Of a DNA stretch of 64,000 nucleotides, positions 26,916 to 42,565 are shown in pieces. This DNA comes from the human T2T-CHM13v2.0 reference genome, Homo sapiens. The translations under genes were made by a program, and so were the position numbers. The stretch lies in the NCBI RefSeq assembly GCF_009914755.1, contig NC_060929.1; one strand, given 5' to 3'. Positions within the stretch are counted from its first letter, which is position 1; each line of letters opens with the position of its first letter. The notes under the pieces are model-generated. The model saw nothing but the letters and a program-made list of their open reading frames with translations. It ran no database searches and was not told the origin of the DNA.

Positions 26916-27217
26916 TTTTTTTTTTTCTTTTTTTCGAGACGAAATCTCACTCTTGTCACCCAGGCTGTAGCGCAGTGGCACGATCTCGGCTCACTGCAAC
27001 CTCTGCCTCCCGGGTTCAAGCAATTCTCTGCTTTAGCCTCCTGAGTAGCTGGGATTACAGGCGCCTGCCACCATATCCAGCTAATTTTTTTGTATTTTTA
27101 GTAGCGACCGAGTTTCACCATCTTGGCCAGGCTGATCTTGAACTCCTGACTACATGATCCACCCACCTCGGCCTTCCAAAGTGCTGGGATTACAGGCGTG
27201 AGCCACTGCGCCTGGCC
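26916..27217 (-). mobile_element. AluS element
   Basis: Antisense Alu dimer; TSD CTGTA(T/C)TCA(C/T)GCTT. Confidence 0.95.
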
Positions 27218-27399
27218 TGTACTCATGCTTTTTAGCACATAATTGTGGTTATTATTTTCTATCTTATGACATGAAATGTCTCTTCCAGAAGAAACCTCTA
27301 CCGTAGGAAGCAAGAAGACAGGATTTTTTTGTTACTTGCAGTACATTTCTTATTCTGTCAAGGCTTCTGTAGCTTCATTTTTTTAAATGGCAGTACTTC

Positions 27400-27832
27400 T
27401 GGACCGTAGACCAGTACTGGCTAGCAAGCAAAGCTTCATCTGTATTTACAGCCACTCTCCATCACTTGCATTACCACCTGAGCTCCATCTCCTGTCAAAA
27501 GCGTGGTGGCATTAGATTCTCACAGGAGCACAAACCCTGTTGTGAACTGCACACATGAGGGATCTAGGTTGTGCACTCCTTATGAGAATCTAATGCCCGA
27601 TGATCTGTCACTGTCTCTCATCACCCCCAGATTGGACTGTATGGTTGCAGGAAAACAAGCTCAGGGCTCCCACTGATTCTACATTATGCTGAATTGTATA
27701 ACTATTTCATTATATATTGCAATGTAAAAATAATAGAAAAAAAGTGCACAATAAATGTAATGCACTTGAATCATCCTGAAACCATCCCCTGCAAAACTAG
27801 TCCCTCGTATCAAAAAGGTTGGGGACCGCTGC
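27400..27832 (+). mobile_element. MER1A (hAT-Charlie) with internal deletions
   Basis: GGCATTAGATTCTCACAGGAGC...CCTTATGAGAATCTAATGCC internal palindrome; end AAAAAGGTTGGGGACCGCTG. Confidence 0.88.
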
Positions 27833-30800
27833 TCTATATGCTTGAAGGCAGTGAGGTACACCAGATGATTCCCTGTAATTCTCTGCAGCTCTGAGATCTA
27901 TAAGTGTCTGTGGAAGCCTGTGTGTATGAGACAGAGGGTTTAAGCTTAATAGAAAAGGTAACATAACACATTATTAATCTCTTCATGGCAAGGGCCACAA
28001 AACCATGATTTTTTTTCACCTACCCCAGTGCTTAGAACTGAGTAGTGAACATAGTTGATACTCCATAAGGACTTTTGTTTGCAGTGTTGTTTTTCTTTAT
28101 GTCCCTTAAGTGTACCAGGAGCAAGGTGAAGAGGAATTTGGGGGCTTTGGATTAGGAGTCAAGACATCCCACTGGCAAACCTGCATCTAATGTGGCCTGA
28201 AACAATCCACTTAGAGTTCTCTGGTTAAATTTCCTCATTTTTGAAACCAAAGTCTTGGATTAGATTGGGGTTATAGACTAATAGTTGGCCAGTTTGTCTA
28301 GCAGAAGTGTATTATTAGACCTGCAGGGCGTTGAATATGTTTTGGTTGCTGTTAATTTGAAAGCCATTAAAGGAGGTGCATGTGCCTTGCATTTCACTAT
28401 GGTGCTTGCCACTCCCTATTGGATAATCCAAGTCTATTCCACTCATCTACATTTCCCTTACTAGCTTTTAGAGGCATTTGATAGTAATTAAGAAAGGTAG
28501 GGGAGAGAGTTAGATTTTAAATCTAAATTTAGCTCTTCTGCTTTGCAAACTCCGGACAGTCAGTGTGCAAAGGTTTGTGGGATTTTTTTAATAGACATTG
28601 GGGGTTTAAAACCATTTGACTAATTAGAATGGATTGATGTGGGAAAAAATGTCAACCTAGGAAGGCACACCAGAGAAATTCCAAATGGGGTTTAAAATGG
28701 AAATAGAAAAGTTGAATCAGGCTACTTGTTTTCAGGTGCTTTCTCTTCACAGTCATTAGTTTGATCTGAACTACATCAAAATGGCCTTAATGGCCCTAGT
28801 CACAAGAGCTATTACAGGTTGTCTAACTTGGTTAAATTCTTTTCTGCTCTAAATTGTTAATGATTCAGCATTTCATGGCTTGAGTCAGGTGTTCTCAGTG
28901 GGCACCCTCCATAAAGGTCAGTTGCTTTCCAGATATCAGCATCCAAGTTTAAGGTCGCAGATTCTGCTCAGTGACCTTGAGAGAATAATACTTTATTACG
29001 CACAGGCTCAGAAAGCACAGTTTCATGGAGGGAGACCTCTGGTTGGCAATGACAGGAAAAGCAAAGAGGCTGATGAAAAAACAGAGTGCCAAGAAGGCAG
29101 GGGTGTGGGATTGAGGACAGCTCTCCAACAGGCGATACATGTTGCTGTGGAAGAGGGAGGAGAATTCCCTGTATACCAAACACAGTTAAGAGCTTCACAT
29201 CACATCTTACCTGTCTCATCCTCTCAGGAGGCCAGGAAGTAAACACTATCATCACAAGGTCACAGATGAGGAAACTGAGACTTGGAAAGGTGAGGTAACT
29301 TGCCCATGTAAGAGCATTTTCAGAGTTTGTACATGAAATATTTCATGAAGGGCCTATTACTATTCTCTGCACACTGGTGTCTGATGAATGATTTATGTGC
29401 TTTATTCGTTTATGATGATATTATGGTGTCTGAAAATACATTTCTAGTAAACGTTGACATAAGAACCCTTTTGTCACCTGCATGGGATTGTCAGTATGAA
29501 ATTTACAAGACTGAAACATACACATTCCAAGAGGGAGTGTGGTGGATGCATGACAGTTTTTTTACGGAGTTGATAGAGATCATTTCATGACATTAATAGG
29601 AGCAAAAAAACAAAAAGTAGAGGGGAGATTTTGAGGACAAACAGAACATCGGTGAGTAAGTGGAATATTAGGGCAGTCAGCAAAGAAATATACATTTAAA
29701 AATAATTGGCTTCAAATTTCTAAGATTCTGTGGGAGGCTGAGGGAGGAATTACTATATTTTTTTATTTGCAAACCAGCAAGTAGATGATTTGTGTACTGG
29801 AAGGGGGAAAAAAAAACAGTGATGTTTTTCTCCCCTTATGGCATATAGTTACCAGCCTAGGTTTCTATTTTTACTCTACCCTAGTCCCTGTGCATGATTT
29901 TCCCTTATTTAGAAAACTTGCAACTACAAATGTATTGAATTCATTTTCTTACCTTTCTGCTAAATATAGAGAACAATACCTATATTTTCATGCCTAGGGA
30001 TTATTTTAAGCAGAATTGAGACCAATTGAAGCAGTCCTTATGTTTGTATCATGAAAACCAATTGTTTTGGTTTTTGAGTTTTTTATTATTTTAATCCACT
30101 CTGGAAGATGTTTCTCTTTAGGAGTAATTTTTTGTATTACAAATTGAGCAAATCTTTAAGGTTCTCTTCTACAGAGACAAATCTAGTGGTTTTAGGATTG
30201 ATGAAGGAAACTCTGGGAATTCCTTTCATGATACTTGTAAGGAGTGAAAAAACAAGGAGAAAAAATTGTAAGTCTAGTAGTTGATTGGAAAAAGTTAAAG
30301 TTTCCTCTTGGAGACCATGTCTAAGTATGATAGGAGCTACAGGCAGGAGAGAAGGAGAGAAAGGACCGAGTGTCAGAAATGTGCCACCCCTGGAATTGTT
30401 CCATCAGAGAGGTGAGAAGTAAGCCCGGAATCAAAATGTGAGTCTTTTCCTTGATCATCAGCAAACTGCCTTTAGAACCACGTTTGTGATACTGACAAAC
30501 TTACTGTAGTTTCAGGGCAGCTTGATTACAGAGACTTTGAGTTGTCCATTAGACTTGTCACACTGTCCAATAAATGTTCCCCCATCGTCATTAGGAAGAT
30601 ATATTCAGTGCCCCATGATATGCTCCGTCTAATCTCCATGCCTTTGGGCCTGATGGTTTATAGCACATCTTTGTCTTTTAAGTAACAGAAGACACAAGAC
30701 ATGTTGACTACACTAACGTGTCTTTTATATGTTAAATTTGGACTTTTGTGTAGCAACTAACATGTCAGAGCTATTGTACATTGACCGATATTCCATGTCT

Positions 30801-33489
30801 CCATCAGGGTTTATGCCATCACTCTAAAAAGGCACTGCATTTCCCTTAGTTCTCTTATTTTAAAAACTGGAAAAATCAAGCTATGATGAAAAGCAGAGGT
30901 CTCAAGACAATTGAGGCAATGTAGGACATAAGTGAATTGACAGTGGTGAATTTGCAGTTTCTACCAGGCCCTCTTTGGACCTCAGCTAGTTAATTGTGTG
31001 AAATTATAATGGAAAAGAGCAAAATTAAAAAACATGGCAAGAGGCAGGAAACATATCACTGAATATTATCTAAGAGGTATGGTATCGTGGGATTTATGTT
31101 TTATAGCACCTTTATATGTGTTAATCCATTATTTGACTTGCATATTTTACTTTGGTGCAGCTTTTCACAGATATGTGATGCAATAAGAGATGGCCTGTAG
31201 TCATCAACAATGGGTAGCTTTACTATTCTCACCTGTAATCTTAGCACTCTCCAGTCCATTAAGAAGCCATCAACCATGGCTCATTTGAATTTACTTTCTC
31301 CAAGAAGTAGTCTTCATTTGGGCTTAGATTTCACCTCACCCTCCCTTTGGGCTGCTTTAAAATTATAGGAGCACATATAATCACACTTAACATTTACTTG
31401 TAGATAACTTTGTATATATATATATATCTTCCTCCATCAACCAAAATATTTGTTCCTTGAAGGCAGGGCTAGCAATTTATTCAGAATACTTTGAGGAAAC
31501 ATGGGCTATTTTAGCTAGTTACCTTGGAACAGTGGACATAGCTTTGCCTCCTACAAATTAGACATTTTGAAGCTTTTAAAACTGCATTCAGCATTCCCTC
31601 AGCATACTGATTCCTTTCAGCTTGCTGCTACCCATTGGGTGCTAAAATTTTTTGTTCTAAATACATGTCTTTCAGGATCAAGGAGCTTTGAATATGGGTT
31701 TTGTATTTTCCTTTTATATTCTCTTCAGGTCTTTCTAGGTGACAATCATGTACTCCTTTGCCTTTGTGTTTCCACCCTGAGATGCCATAATGAAGATGGC
31801 ATTTCTCTACATTTAAGGTGTAGAGAAATGTAGTGATTTGTGTCTTCTTTCATACCACCCCAGAGAGATGGAATGGCCATTCTTGATCATCAGAGGTATT
31901 TGGTGTTTAAATATGCCATTAAGAGTTGCTCATAATTTAGCTGTCCAGACATTAGAGTAGGTTTCATTTGTGCTCGTGTTAGCATTCATGTCTTTTAGAT
32001 AATTTACAGAAGAGTGTAATTTTCTCTAAAAAGATATCTGTAAGGGGGAACACTTACCAATCCAATTACATTTTCGACTTCTTCTTTTTCTGTACTCTCC
32101 AATAATTTTGCTGGACTTTTCAAGAAAAACAGGATCTCATATTTTTGTATATGTCTTCAGTCAATGCTAATTTTAGTTTTAATGTTCCCTCTTTGGTATC
32201 TCCTATTGATTTGGTAAGCGTTACCTTTAATCACTTAAAAGTAAGTAATGCAATGAGACCGCCCAAGGCTAACCTATATTTGGAAAAATCGCTACATTTA
32301 AGAATTAATTTAACAACAGTCTATTACACATTTTACTTTGGAAATTCACCAGGATTCTTTCCTTCTCTGTGAAAGCATTTATTACCCAGAAGAAATTAGG
32401 CCTAATTTTAGAGAATGCCACTGTGAGCCAAACTGCCTTACATTTCCAGAAATCTCCATGACTCTGACTTTAATAATAATGTTTAAAATTCACAGAATTT
32501 CAGTGCTAAGTGAAAATGAACGGATAGCAATTGTAATTAGAATACTACCACCTAACTTAAGATATTTTGAAGCCATTTAAACAGTAAAATGAGGCACAGA
32601 CCAAGGGCTGTTGCTAGCTCAGGCCAAGAGGGTGTGACATAGTGGCATGGATAATTTTGTTTGGGTTTGTATTATGTTTGGATCCACATCACCCAGTGGT
32701 CAGCATGGAGGGCTTGATATGGAAAGACCAACCAGACTGTGCTGTGTGGGTGACGAAATAGAAACAAAGACCTTAGATGCCTCTTTCATGTTACTTTGCT
32801 GAGAAGAAGAGTAGAGAAATGAAACAGCAGTTGAAGGGGCGGGAGTGGAGTCAACGGACATTTTATTTTATTTTTTCGTGATAAGCAGTAACTCGGATAA
32901 AAATGGTGCAGTTTGGAGAGAGATTAATAATGCTACAGAGAGGGAAACTTCAGAGCTAAGAAAATGTTCAAAATACAAAAAAAAAAAAAATGCATGGCAA
33001 TATCCTTAGTGTTAAAATTGCTCATTTCACTCTCTAGCCTAAAATATATTTTTGATTTAAGGACTTTTCTTACCCAAAACCTGTGCCACAGAAAATACCT
33101 GTGAAACAAGCTCACTCATGCCTGGCTTGATCACAATAACTAGGGTTTTTAGATCTTCCAAGCTGTGGAGAAAGTAACACGTGACCAACTATAGCATAAC
33201 GCAAAAGTAATCTGTGGAGTCATTACTGCCAGTCAGCTTCACATGGGAGCAAAACATTAATAGTTTTCTTGGTCATCAGCTATTGAGTTTTCAGTTGCTC
33301 TTCTCCAAGAGCAACAGAAACCTAGCAAATTGGGCATTTTATTTTTCAGCACTCAACCTATTCGTTGATGGAAGAAAAAAAATTGATTGATTTTTGCTAA
33401 AAAACAAAGCAAATTTGAAAGAAAAAGTCTCAATTGTTTCTTGGAGCAGAAGCTTCCTGCATGAATAAACAATACAAAGCAACCCTGTC

Positions 33490-33600
33490 TTTTTTTTTTT
33501 TTTTTTTGAGACGGAGTCTTGCTCTGTTGCCCAGGCTGGAGTGCAGTGGTGCGATCTTGGCTCACTGCAAGCTCCGCCTCCCAGGTTCACGCCATTCTCC
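33490..33600 (-). mobile_element. Severely 5'-truncated AluY (93 nt plus A18 tail)
   Basis: AluY diagnostics GCAAGCTCCGCC and TTCACGCCATTCTCC; 15-bp TSD CAAAGCAAC(C/A)CTGTC at 33475-33489 and 33601-33615. Confidence 0.93.
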
Positions 33601-33837
33601 CAAAGCAACACTGTCTTTTTGCCCCTGACATGCTGACAGCATACCAACACTCCAGCCGTGGTGTGAGGCAGCCTGAGTCAAAGCTCGCAGTCTCGCTAGT
33701 GTCATTCAGCTCTGAGAATAGCAATTTTAAATAAACATTTGTGACATGTTCGAAATGAAACACAAGCAAAATGAATATCAAACCTACTTACTATAGAACA
33801 TCACTCTTCACAGTCTTTTTTGTTTTGCGTGTGTGTG

Positions 33838-34225
33838 TAAAATTTCAGATTTACCAAAAAATTGCAAGAGTAGTAAAAGAAACTTTTGAAGATCCTTGTC
33901 CAAGATTCACCAGTTATTTACATTTCACTTCATTTGCTTATTCTCCCCACTCCTTCCCTTTCCTTCTCTCTGTCAACCTCTCTCTTTCCCTCTCCTTCCG
34001 ATTTTTTCCGTCTGCTTCCCCATATGTGCTTTTTAAAAAACGATCTGAAGGTAATTTGCTTTTAAATACTTCAATGTATATTTCCTAAGAACAGTAATGT
34101 TCTCTTACATAAGCATAGTACAATAATAAAATCTCAGGACACTTAAAATTGCTGTAATTCTATTATCTGATCCACAGTCCATTTTCAGATTTTGTCAGTT
34201 GCCCCAGTAATATCCTTCACAGCTT
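33838..34225 (-). mobile_element. L1MC-type 3' end fragment
   Basis: AAATTTCAGATTTACCAAAAAATTGCAAGAGTAGTA...TAAATACTTCAATGTATATTTCCTAAGAACA. Confidence 0.7.
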
Positions 34226-34864
34226 TTTTTTTTTTTTTTTTTTTAAAGAGTACTTGTTGAAGCATTAATGGTGCTACCTATGGTCTTGTGGTCTGGCTCC
34301 TTATAAAGACAGTGGGAAAATGTGAGAGTGAGAAGGATGGTCACCCATGTGTAATATTAATCTCCAGACTATAGCTGTGCTGTGTGATCATTTCCAAAGT
34401 GTGCCCCATTAAATGATTGTTTCAAGAAATGCCGTGGAAAATAAAGATGTTTTGTTCAAAGCTGAGGAAAAGCTTAAACAATTCTTTCCCCATGCTCACT
34501 GCATTCACTCCTTGAAGATGTACAAGAGTGCATTGGCTTATAAAAGCATCTGAACGTTTATGTATTTATGCCATAAGGAGACTGTATTATTTTTTAACTC
34601 AAATTCTCTAAGTTAATTGACTATAGCGCATCCTACTGAAGCCCTCATCTACCTATACAGAGTTTATTTTGGAAACTCTGCTATATTTTTACAGTATTTA
34701 TTTTGCTTTAAAATTTTCTCTTTTATTTATTTTTATTAAAATTGTGAGCTAGTCAACCTTTTAAAACATTGAAAATGACTGACATTTTATGACAAAAATG
34801 TAAGATCTACATTATTGATTTATCTTATATGTACAGTTATAGATAGAAGATCAGTGACTTCATA

Positions 34865-35290
34865 TCAGTGCTTAACCGTGTGAGGCAAACACTAGATTCT
34901 GTAACAGGCAAATCTATGTCAGCAGTTTAACAAAATAGTTTGTTGCTCACTCACCTGGAAACAGTGGCTGCCTGGGATGAAAGCTCTGCTCAGTTACTCA
35001 AGAACCCAGTCTAAAGGAGGTTTTGCCATTTTTATTGCAATGGCTCCCCATATCATCTTGGGTGTTAACATCCACACAGCAAACATAGAGTGAGAGAACA
35101 CAAAGAATTGTAGGGGAAATTTGTATGGGACTAGCCAGTGTCATTTACATGTACATCTGTTGACAAGATTTCACCCACAACGTCATGACTGATGGAAGAG
35201 GGGCTAGGAAGTGCTAACCCTGGTTGGGTAACTGCTTTAAGTAGCAGCTTCAAAATATGAAAGGTGAACATAAATTTTTGATGAACTAAT
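34865..35290 (-). mobile_element. Ancient LTR relic (MaLR/ERVL class, family uncertain)
   Basis: CTGTAACAGGCAAATCTATGTCAGCAGTTTAACAAAATAG...CAGTTACTCAAGAACCCAG resembles antisense old LTR ends. Confidence 0.45.
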
Positions 35291-36794
35291 CTCCAGAAGT
35301 CTATAATCATGCATATGTAATTTACAAGTTTAACTTTGATATTTTGTTAATCATATGTTATCTCACATTGACCCTAATGAGATTGGGAAGGCAAGATAAA
35401 TATACCCATTTACAAATGGAGCAGCTGAATCTGACTTTTAGGTGATCAGAGTAGAATAAAATGGTTTATGTGCATCATATTTTTTTTTATTGGTTACTAA
35501 TCAAGTATCTTTGTGTTTTTCAAAAGTATTTTAGCCTTAATTATACTTTTTAGGAGAAAATTATACTTTTAGGAGAGGAAGTTTATTGAACTTGCCATAG
35601 TCTCCAAATTTACCAGGGAATTAACAAAAGTGGCCCAAGGTGCTCTCTATTAAAATAATTTAATACAAATAGAATTTTTAAAAGATATAATTTCCATTTG
35701 TTGACAGTGGTGAAAACAGGAAGTTTGTGTCTGTTGATTCTGGGGTTTCACTTTGAGTACCATGGCTAAGTAACAGATGAGAGCCAAAATTAATCATCAA
35801 TAAAAAAAATGACTAAAAATATAAAGCATGCCTCTTCAACAGTTTTTCATAAGATATAAATATCTTGAAACCACTAAAATGAAAATAAAACATTACAGAG
35901 AAAAAAAAGTCATGTAAAATCCCAAACCTCTATTTTAAAAAATAAATCAGTGTTATGGGGATAATGAACTTAATACTTACTATTTAATTAAACTTTAAGC
36001 TAATTAGTCTAATTAATTCATCTGATAAGCATCTTAATATTGCCAGCATTAAGCTGAATCTTCTAGAATGTGGTTTTAAATTTGGAGAGAGTAATTTAAT
36101 GATGCTTAATATTGGTTGTTTACACTGCAAAATAAATTTGATATGTTAATGGATGCCCAACTCCCATCGCATTATCAAATTTATGTTGATTCTCACTGCT
36201 TCTATCCTGCAGGCTAGCCTATTCAGTATTCTCACAACACACTATGTTTTCTTATTAGAGCAAATATCACAGCCAAAAAAGTAATGATTTGTTATAATTT
36301 ATGTAATATATGCCTTTATTCTCTAAATAATGTTAAGCTCCATGAAAGCAAGAATTGTTTCTGTCTTGGTCACTGCTGAATTCAGAGAGCCTAGTGCACG
36401 ACAGGCTTTCAGTAGACAATGGAGTACATGAATGGATGTCCTCACTGAAAATAAAGCCAGCAGTGCACTTAGAGATGGGAATGGTGTGTACTGGTGGGTT
36501 CCAGCATTCAAGATCAGTAAAATGTAGGCTAAAACACACACTCTTTACTACCAATAATGTCCATTAGGTACCCCCATTCTTGGCTATACCATTTTTTAAG
36601 TAAAATGGATAGAGTTAATTATGTTGTTTCTGGTGTTGCATTTTCCATTAATTGCACATTGATCTCATGAATATGAAATCTCTGGTATGAGAAAAACTCA
36701 AGGTCTATGGATTGTGTTTGTTATCCATTGCTATTTAACATAGTGGTTTGAAACAACAATCATGCTTATTAACTTCCACACAAATATTTTTATT

Positions 36795-37345
36795 TCTCCT
36801 ATGATTTAGCAATTTCACTTCTGGGTATAGATCCCAAAGAAGTGAAATCGGGGATTGAGGCAGATATTTGTTCACTAGTGTTCATCGTAGCATTATTCTC
36901 ACTAGACAGAAGGTAGAGCAACCCAAGCATCCATTGACAGATGAATGGATAAATAAAATGTGGTATAGACATACAATGACATGTTATTCAGCCTTAAAAA
37001 GTAAATTCTGACCTGTTTTGCAACATGGACAAAACTTGAATATTTTATGCTAAGTGAAATCAGTCATTTACAAAACTCAAATGCTGTATGATTCCCCGTG
37101 TGTGAGATAGTTAAAGCAGTCACATTGCTAGAGAAGGAAAGTAGAAAGATGGTTGCCAAGGGGTGAGGGGACTGGACAGTTATTGCTTAATGATACAGAG
37201 TTTCAGTTTTGCAGGATAAAGGTTCTGAAAATAGATGGGGATGCTTTCACAGCAGTGTGAATGTTCTTAATACTATTGAACTACACACTTTAAAAGGTTA
37301 AGATGGTTAGTTTTATGTTGTGTGTTTTACCACAGTTTAATAAAT
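36795..37345 (+). mobile_element. L1MB-type 3' end
   Basis: TATGATTTAGCAATTTCACTTCTGGGTATA...GAGTTTCAGTTTTGCAGGATAAA...TTTTACCACAG. Confidence 0.85.
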
Positions 37346-37879
37346 GTTTTCCGTGTTGTGTCTAGCATTTTATAATTCCCCCCACCTATACAGACCCCTG
37401 CAATCCCATGACCATCAATAAGCTCCCAGTATGTTTACTTTCTGATATAAGCCAACTTTTGTTTTCAAAAAAGACTTTTCCTACCATTTTCCCATCACTC
37501 AACCTAAACAAAATAATCAGTCCTTTTAGAATTTTTTTCAATTTTTGTCACTGGTGGTGAGCTATTAGTTTATTTTCTCTTGTCACATGTAAAAGGCAAT
37601 ATAATTCTATTCAGCTTACCAACAGTGAATAAAATAAGAGTTAGTATGTGGACAAAATGTATAGAGTTCTGTATAGGTTAAAAATAATTTTAAAAATGTA
37701 TATTGCATATGATAAAATATAGATAATTCTAAAGTATAAAATCACCATCCCAGATACTGCCTTTTATGATGAATCACTTTTTAATCCATTCAGTCATTGA
37801 ATGTCTACCATGTGCTAAATGTTTGCATCTACTTCCATTTCATCTACTTATGTACTCACAAACCTATTCATAATTCACT

Positions 37880-38690
37880 TTATTCATTTATTCTTTTAAC
37901 AATTATTGAAAGTACCTATCAGATGCCAATTATTCTAGGTTCCAAAGATGCAAAATAAAAATAAAAAATATCTGCCATAAAGCTTGCATTCTAATGTGGA
38001 ATCTGACATTAAACAAGATAAAAAGGAAAATACCTATATTTCAGACAGTGATAATTGCTAAGGAGGAAAAATAAGTCATAGATGGAGGTTAGAAAATGTC
38101 ATTGGAGGATTAGAGTTGAAAGTTTAGATAGTCCAAGAAAAGCCTCACATAGGATACTGAGTAAATATCTGCAATAAGTAGAGGAGTTATGCATGCACAT
38201 GTCTGGGCAGAGAGGATCAGAGGGAGCAGCATGTGCAAATTCCTGAGGAACACGCCATATGGATGGTGTGTTCAAGAAACAGAAAGAAGTGTCCTTCTGT
38301 GTGGCTGAAGCACTATGATGACAGGATAGAGTAGTAGGGACTAGATCATGGAGTGTCTGTAAATCAGAACAAGTTTGGAACTTTAATTTTTAGTGACAGA
38401 GGAAGCCACTTCCTAATCAGAAAAGCAGTGATTATAGTTTTTATTTAAAGCATCTGTCTGGCTGCTGTAATGAGAATACACAGCAGAAGGGGAGAGGGGA
38501 GAAGGAAGGGGATGAGGTAGAACACTATTACAATAATCCAGGCTCACAGAGTGGCTTGGACCAAAGTGACGGTGAAGTAGAGAGGGTAGTATTTTTAAAG
38601 GAGAGTTAGTAGAATTTTCTGCTGGATAGAATGTTGATTGTGAGAAAAGGAGAAATCCAGGATAACACCAGTCTTTTGACTTTGAAGATT
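37880..38690 (-). mobile_element. L2 fragment
   Basis: TTCATTTATTC...ATTATTGAAAGTACCTA 3'-end motif, then GGAGCAGCATGTGCAAA and TATTACAATAATCCAGGC. Confidence 0.75.
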
Positions 38691-41600
38691 CCTTCAGAAT
38701 TGTTCAGAAAACTCTCTTAGGAAAAAAGAAAAAGCAAAAAATTTGACTGCAAATGAGAAATAGCCCACTCTTTGGATTTGTTTTATGCTGAGTGTATCTG
38801 TTGTTTAGCATTATTTTCCTGTGTTCGAATAAGAACAAAGAATTCCAAAGTGTGGGCTCCCCCAGGTCTAGAGCCCATTCAAGGCACAGCGTTTGTGGTC
38901 TTGGGTGTTTCCTAGAGTTCTTGGTGGTTGAGTCTTGAACCCTACCCTTTAATTTTCTGTTCTTGGTTGAAATGATCATTGCAAACATCTGATTTAGATT
39001 ATTTTTCCAGGCTCTTTTAAGCTCATCTGTGTTCCCTCTGGGTCTCAGAGAATTGCTGCAGTAACAAAGAAAGAAGTTAATGTACTGCACACCTTACCAA
39101 AGCCAAAGGAGACGTTGAAATGCTATACTACTTAACCAAATCTCAGAGAACCCTCACTTGATGAATACATAGTTTGTGTTTTGTATATCTTTTGCTTATT
39201 TGAAAAATGTAAATACAACCTTCCTCCTACAACAGAAGGGGTTGACTAGGCAGAATTTACAAAAGCTGGAGGAGCAAGCACAGTTTTCAAGCACGTATTC
39301 ATTCTCTCATTCACTCATTCAAAGAAAATCTTAGCAAATGACTTGCATGAGGCATTGTGACTTACAAGGCTAGCAGGTGGTTTCACTTGTGTTTAGAAGT
39401 AGTGATGCCTGAGTGGCAGATATTTAGAACGTGGCTTGGAGGTTAAGACTGATGTAGGTTAGACACCATTTCAGCAACTTCCTAGCCATGTGATATTAAA
39501 TATGTCTGTAAACTCTGAAGTTTGGTTTGCTCATCTGTAAAATGGGGATAGTGGTACTAATCTCTCAAGATTTTTTTGTGTGAAGCAAGAGAATTGATAT
39601 CAAGTGTGTAGTGCAGAGCCCAGAGATGTATATAGGCAGGCTGTGGTTTGCATTTTAATTTGAATTATAGGCAAAGCCAAGGCACGGGATGTGATGATAC
39701 ATCTTTTTCTCTCGTAAGTCGAGTAGAAGATGTATGCTTTTCCAGGCATTGTGTGCATGGTGGTAGCATCAGAGTTTGAGACACCGTTTCAGTAACTTAG
39801 GAAACAGAATAAATTGAGAGTAAATGATGAAATTCTCCAAGAAGTCTCTCTCATTCCTCTCCCATGACATCAGCTGAAAATAATGGCAATTGAGAAATCA
39901 AAGACAAAAACATCTCAGGAAGAAATGAGTTGGAGGTATCAAAGGAAGCCAGGGTGGAGGCCAAGGTAATCAGGCTTGTGAATTGCCTGCTGCATTCTAG
40001 CAGTTCTGAGGCTCTTTAAATAAAAGGAATGAGGGTTATGAAGTGAGAAAATGGGGCTGCTGCAAAGCAAGCTTGCTTGAGCACTCCTTATCATTATGTG
40101 TTCATTCTGGAAAAAGAAAACAACTCACAGATAAAAGGAAACGTAAGGCTGCTGATGCAGAGAATGGGTGTCCTCTGCGAATCCTAATCAAGTTGGAATA
40201 CCATTTTTCATTCTTGGCAAGGAAAATCAAATTGGTCTTTTATACAGAATACGAATCTCGAGCTCTACCCTGGGGATGGTAGTTTGGGGAGCTGGGCACA
40301 GGGGCATGGCAGAAGCTTTTTGTTATCATTCATCCATAAGCATTATATTCCAATATAAATGTAGTACTTTGTTCTACTAGGTAAATGTCCTCATGTAAAC
40401 ATACATGTGCATATTTATAAATTAATCATTATGCATTTTATATTTCTATATGGCACATATAGTTGAGCCATCAGTGTCTGTGTTAAAAGGTACACTTTAA
40501 TATAGAAGTCATAAAAGCATAGCATTTTAAAGCTGAAAGTGATCTTTAAAGGGTTTGGTACACAGCAGAAAGGGAGTATAAGGCAGTAGTATGATTGGAA
40601 GCTCTAGGGACAGTCCGCTCAAAGCTGGGGTTCAGCTCCAACATTTAAGCCTCTGTGACCTTGAGTAAGTTACTGAAACCCTCCTTGCCTTAGTTTTCTC
40701 ATCCATAAAAATGGGATAATAATAGTATATTCCTCCTATGGGTGTTAGATTGAATGATATAATCTGTGTAAATCACTTAACACATAGTAAGTGGTCAATG
40801 TATGTTTTTATTATTATCATAAACATAATTTTTACATTATCATCTTTAATTCCCACAAGTTGTTGAAATATGTATGGTTTTATCCTTATTTTATGGCTGC
40901 TCAACCAAAGGCCCAGGAATGTTAAATTCCATAAGTAATAACAGTGGAAGCAGGAATCAAACCCAGGTTTTGGAAACTCATTCCAAAACCCATACTCTCA
41001 GGCCACACAGTGCTCATAGGTCCCTCTCCACATATTTAATCAATGCCTCTTAGATGGTCACCTGGCACATCATCATGTCCTTCTCTGCCCTAAACACTCC
41101 CCTGCTGAAAGAAGCCAGCGAGAATATGTGAAATTGCTTTGCAGACTTCAAAGACCTGTAGAAGCTCACTCATGTTACTGTCCATAAGGAATAAAAGCAA
41201 AAAGCCTATCAGGATATATACAAGCATAAGCGCCCAGAAAATGCTGAGGACTGCTTTAATGGAGTAATGGAGAACACTCTTTGGTGTCTTGATGTACTTG
41301 TAAATCGAGGCTAAATTTACTAAATGTTTCTATTTCATTTTAATACAAATTCCGATAGTTATTCAAAACCTAAACTTAAAAATTATGGTTTTCAAGAGCT
41401 ATGATGAGGGGTTTAAAATAAAAAGTAATAAAAATCAGGGACACGTGTGTGACATGTTATAATAATAATAGTAGGGATATAATATTCTCTAAATCTAGTA
41501 GAGGATATATCGGTGCTGGGATATAGTTTGTCAGCTTTCTAAACTCTTCACCAAAATGTGTAAACAAAGTGAATTTGTCTCATTTGAGATGTCTAGAATT

Positions 41601-41842
41601 GGTGATTTACATAAGAGACTTTATGTACTTTCAAAGCTTATAGTACAATTTCAGAAAAAAACAGTTATTAGATTTTAAACTGGGCATTCCAGGTTTTTCC
41701 TTATTAGATTTTAATAAGGGCATTCTGGTGACTAAAACTAAGGTACTCCATTCATGGCAAATAACTATTTAGCATAATTGTTTGCATCCTTAGCAACAAA
41801 CAAGCTGTTTCCAGTGTGTAACATGACCATCAGGCAATTTTA

Positions 41843-42565
<723 letters not shown>

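Noticed and set aside
31867-31876. GATGGAATGG matching the expected start of the next SGCD exon
   Set aside because: Only a 10-nt match, not preceded by a pyrimidine tract and AG, and the downstream sequence does not encode NLRITEK.
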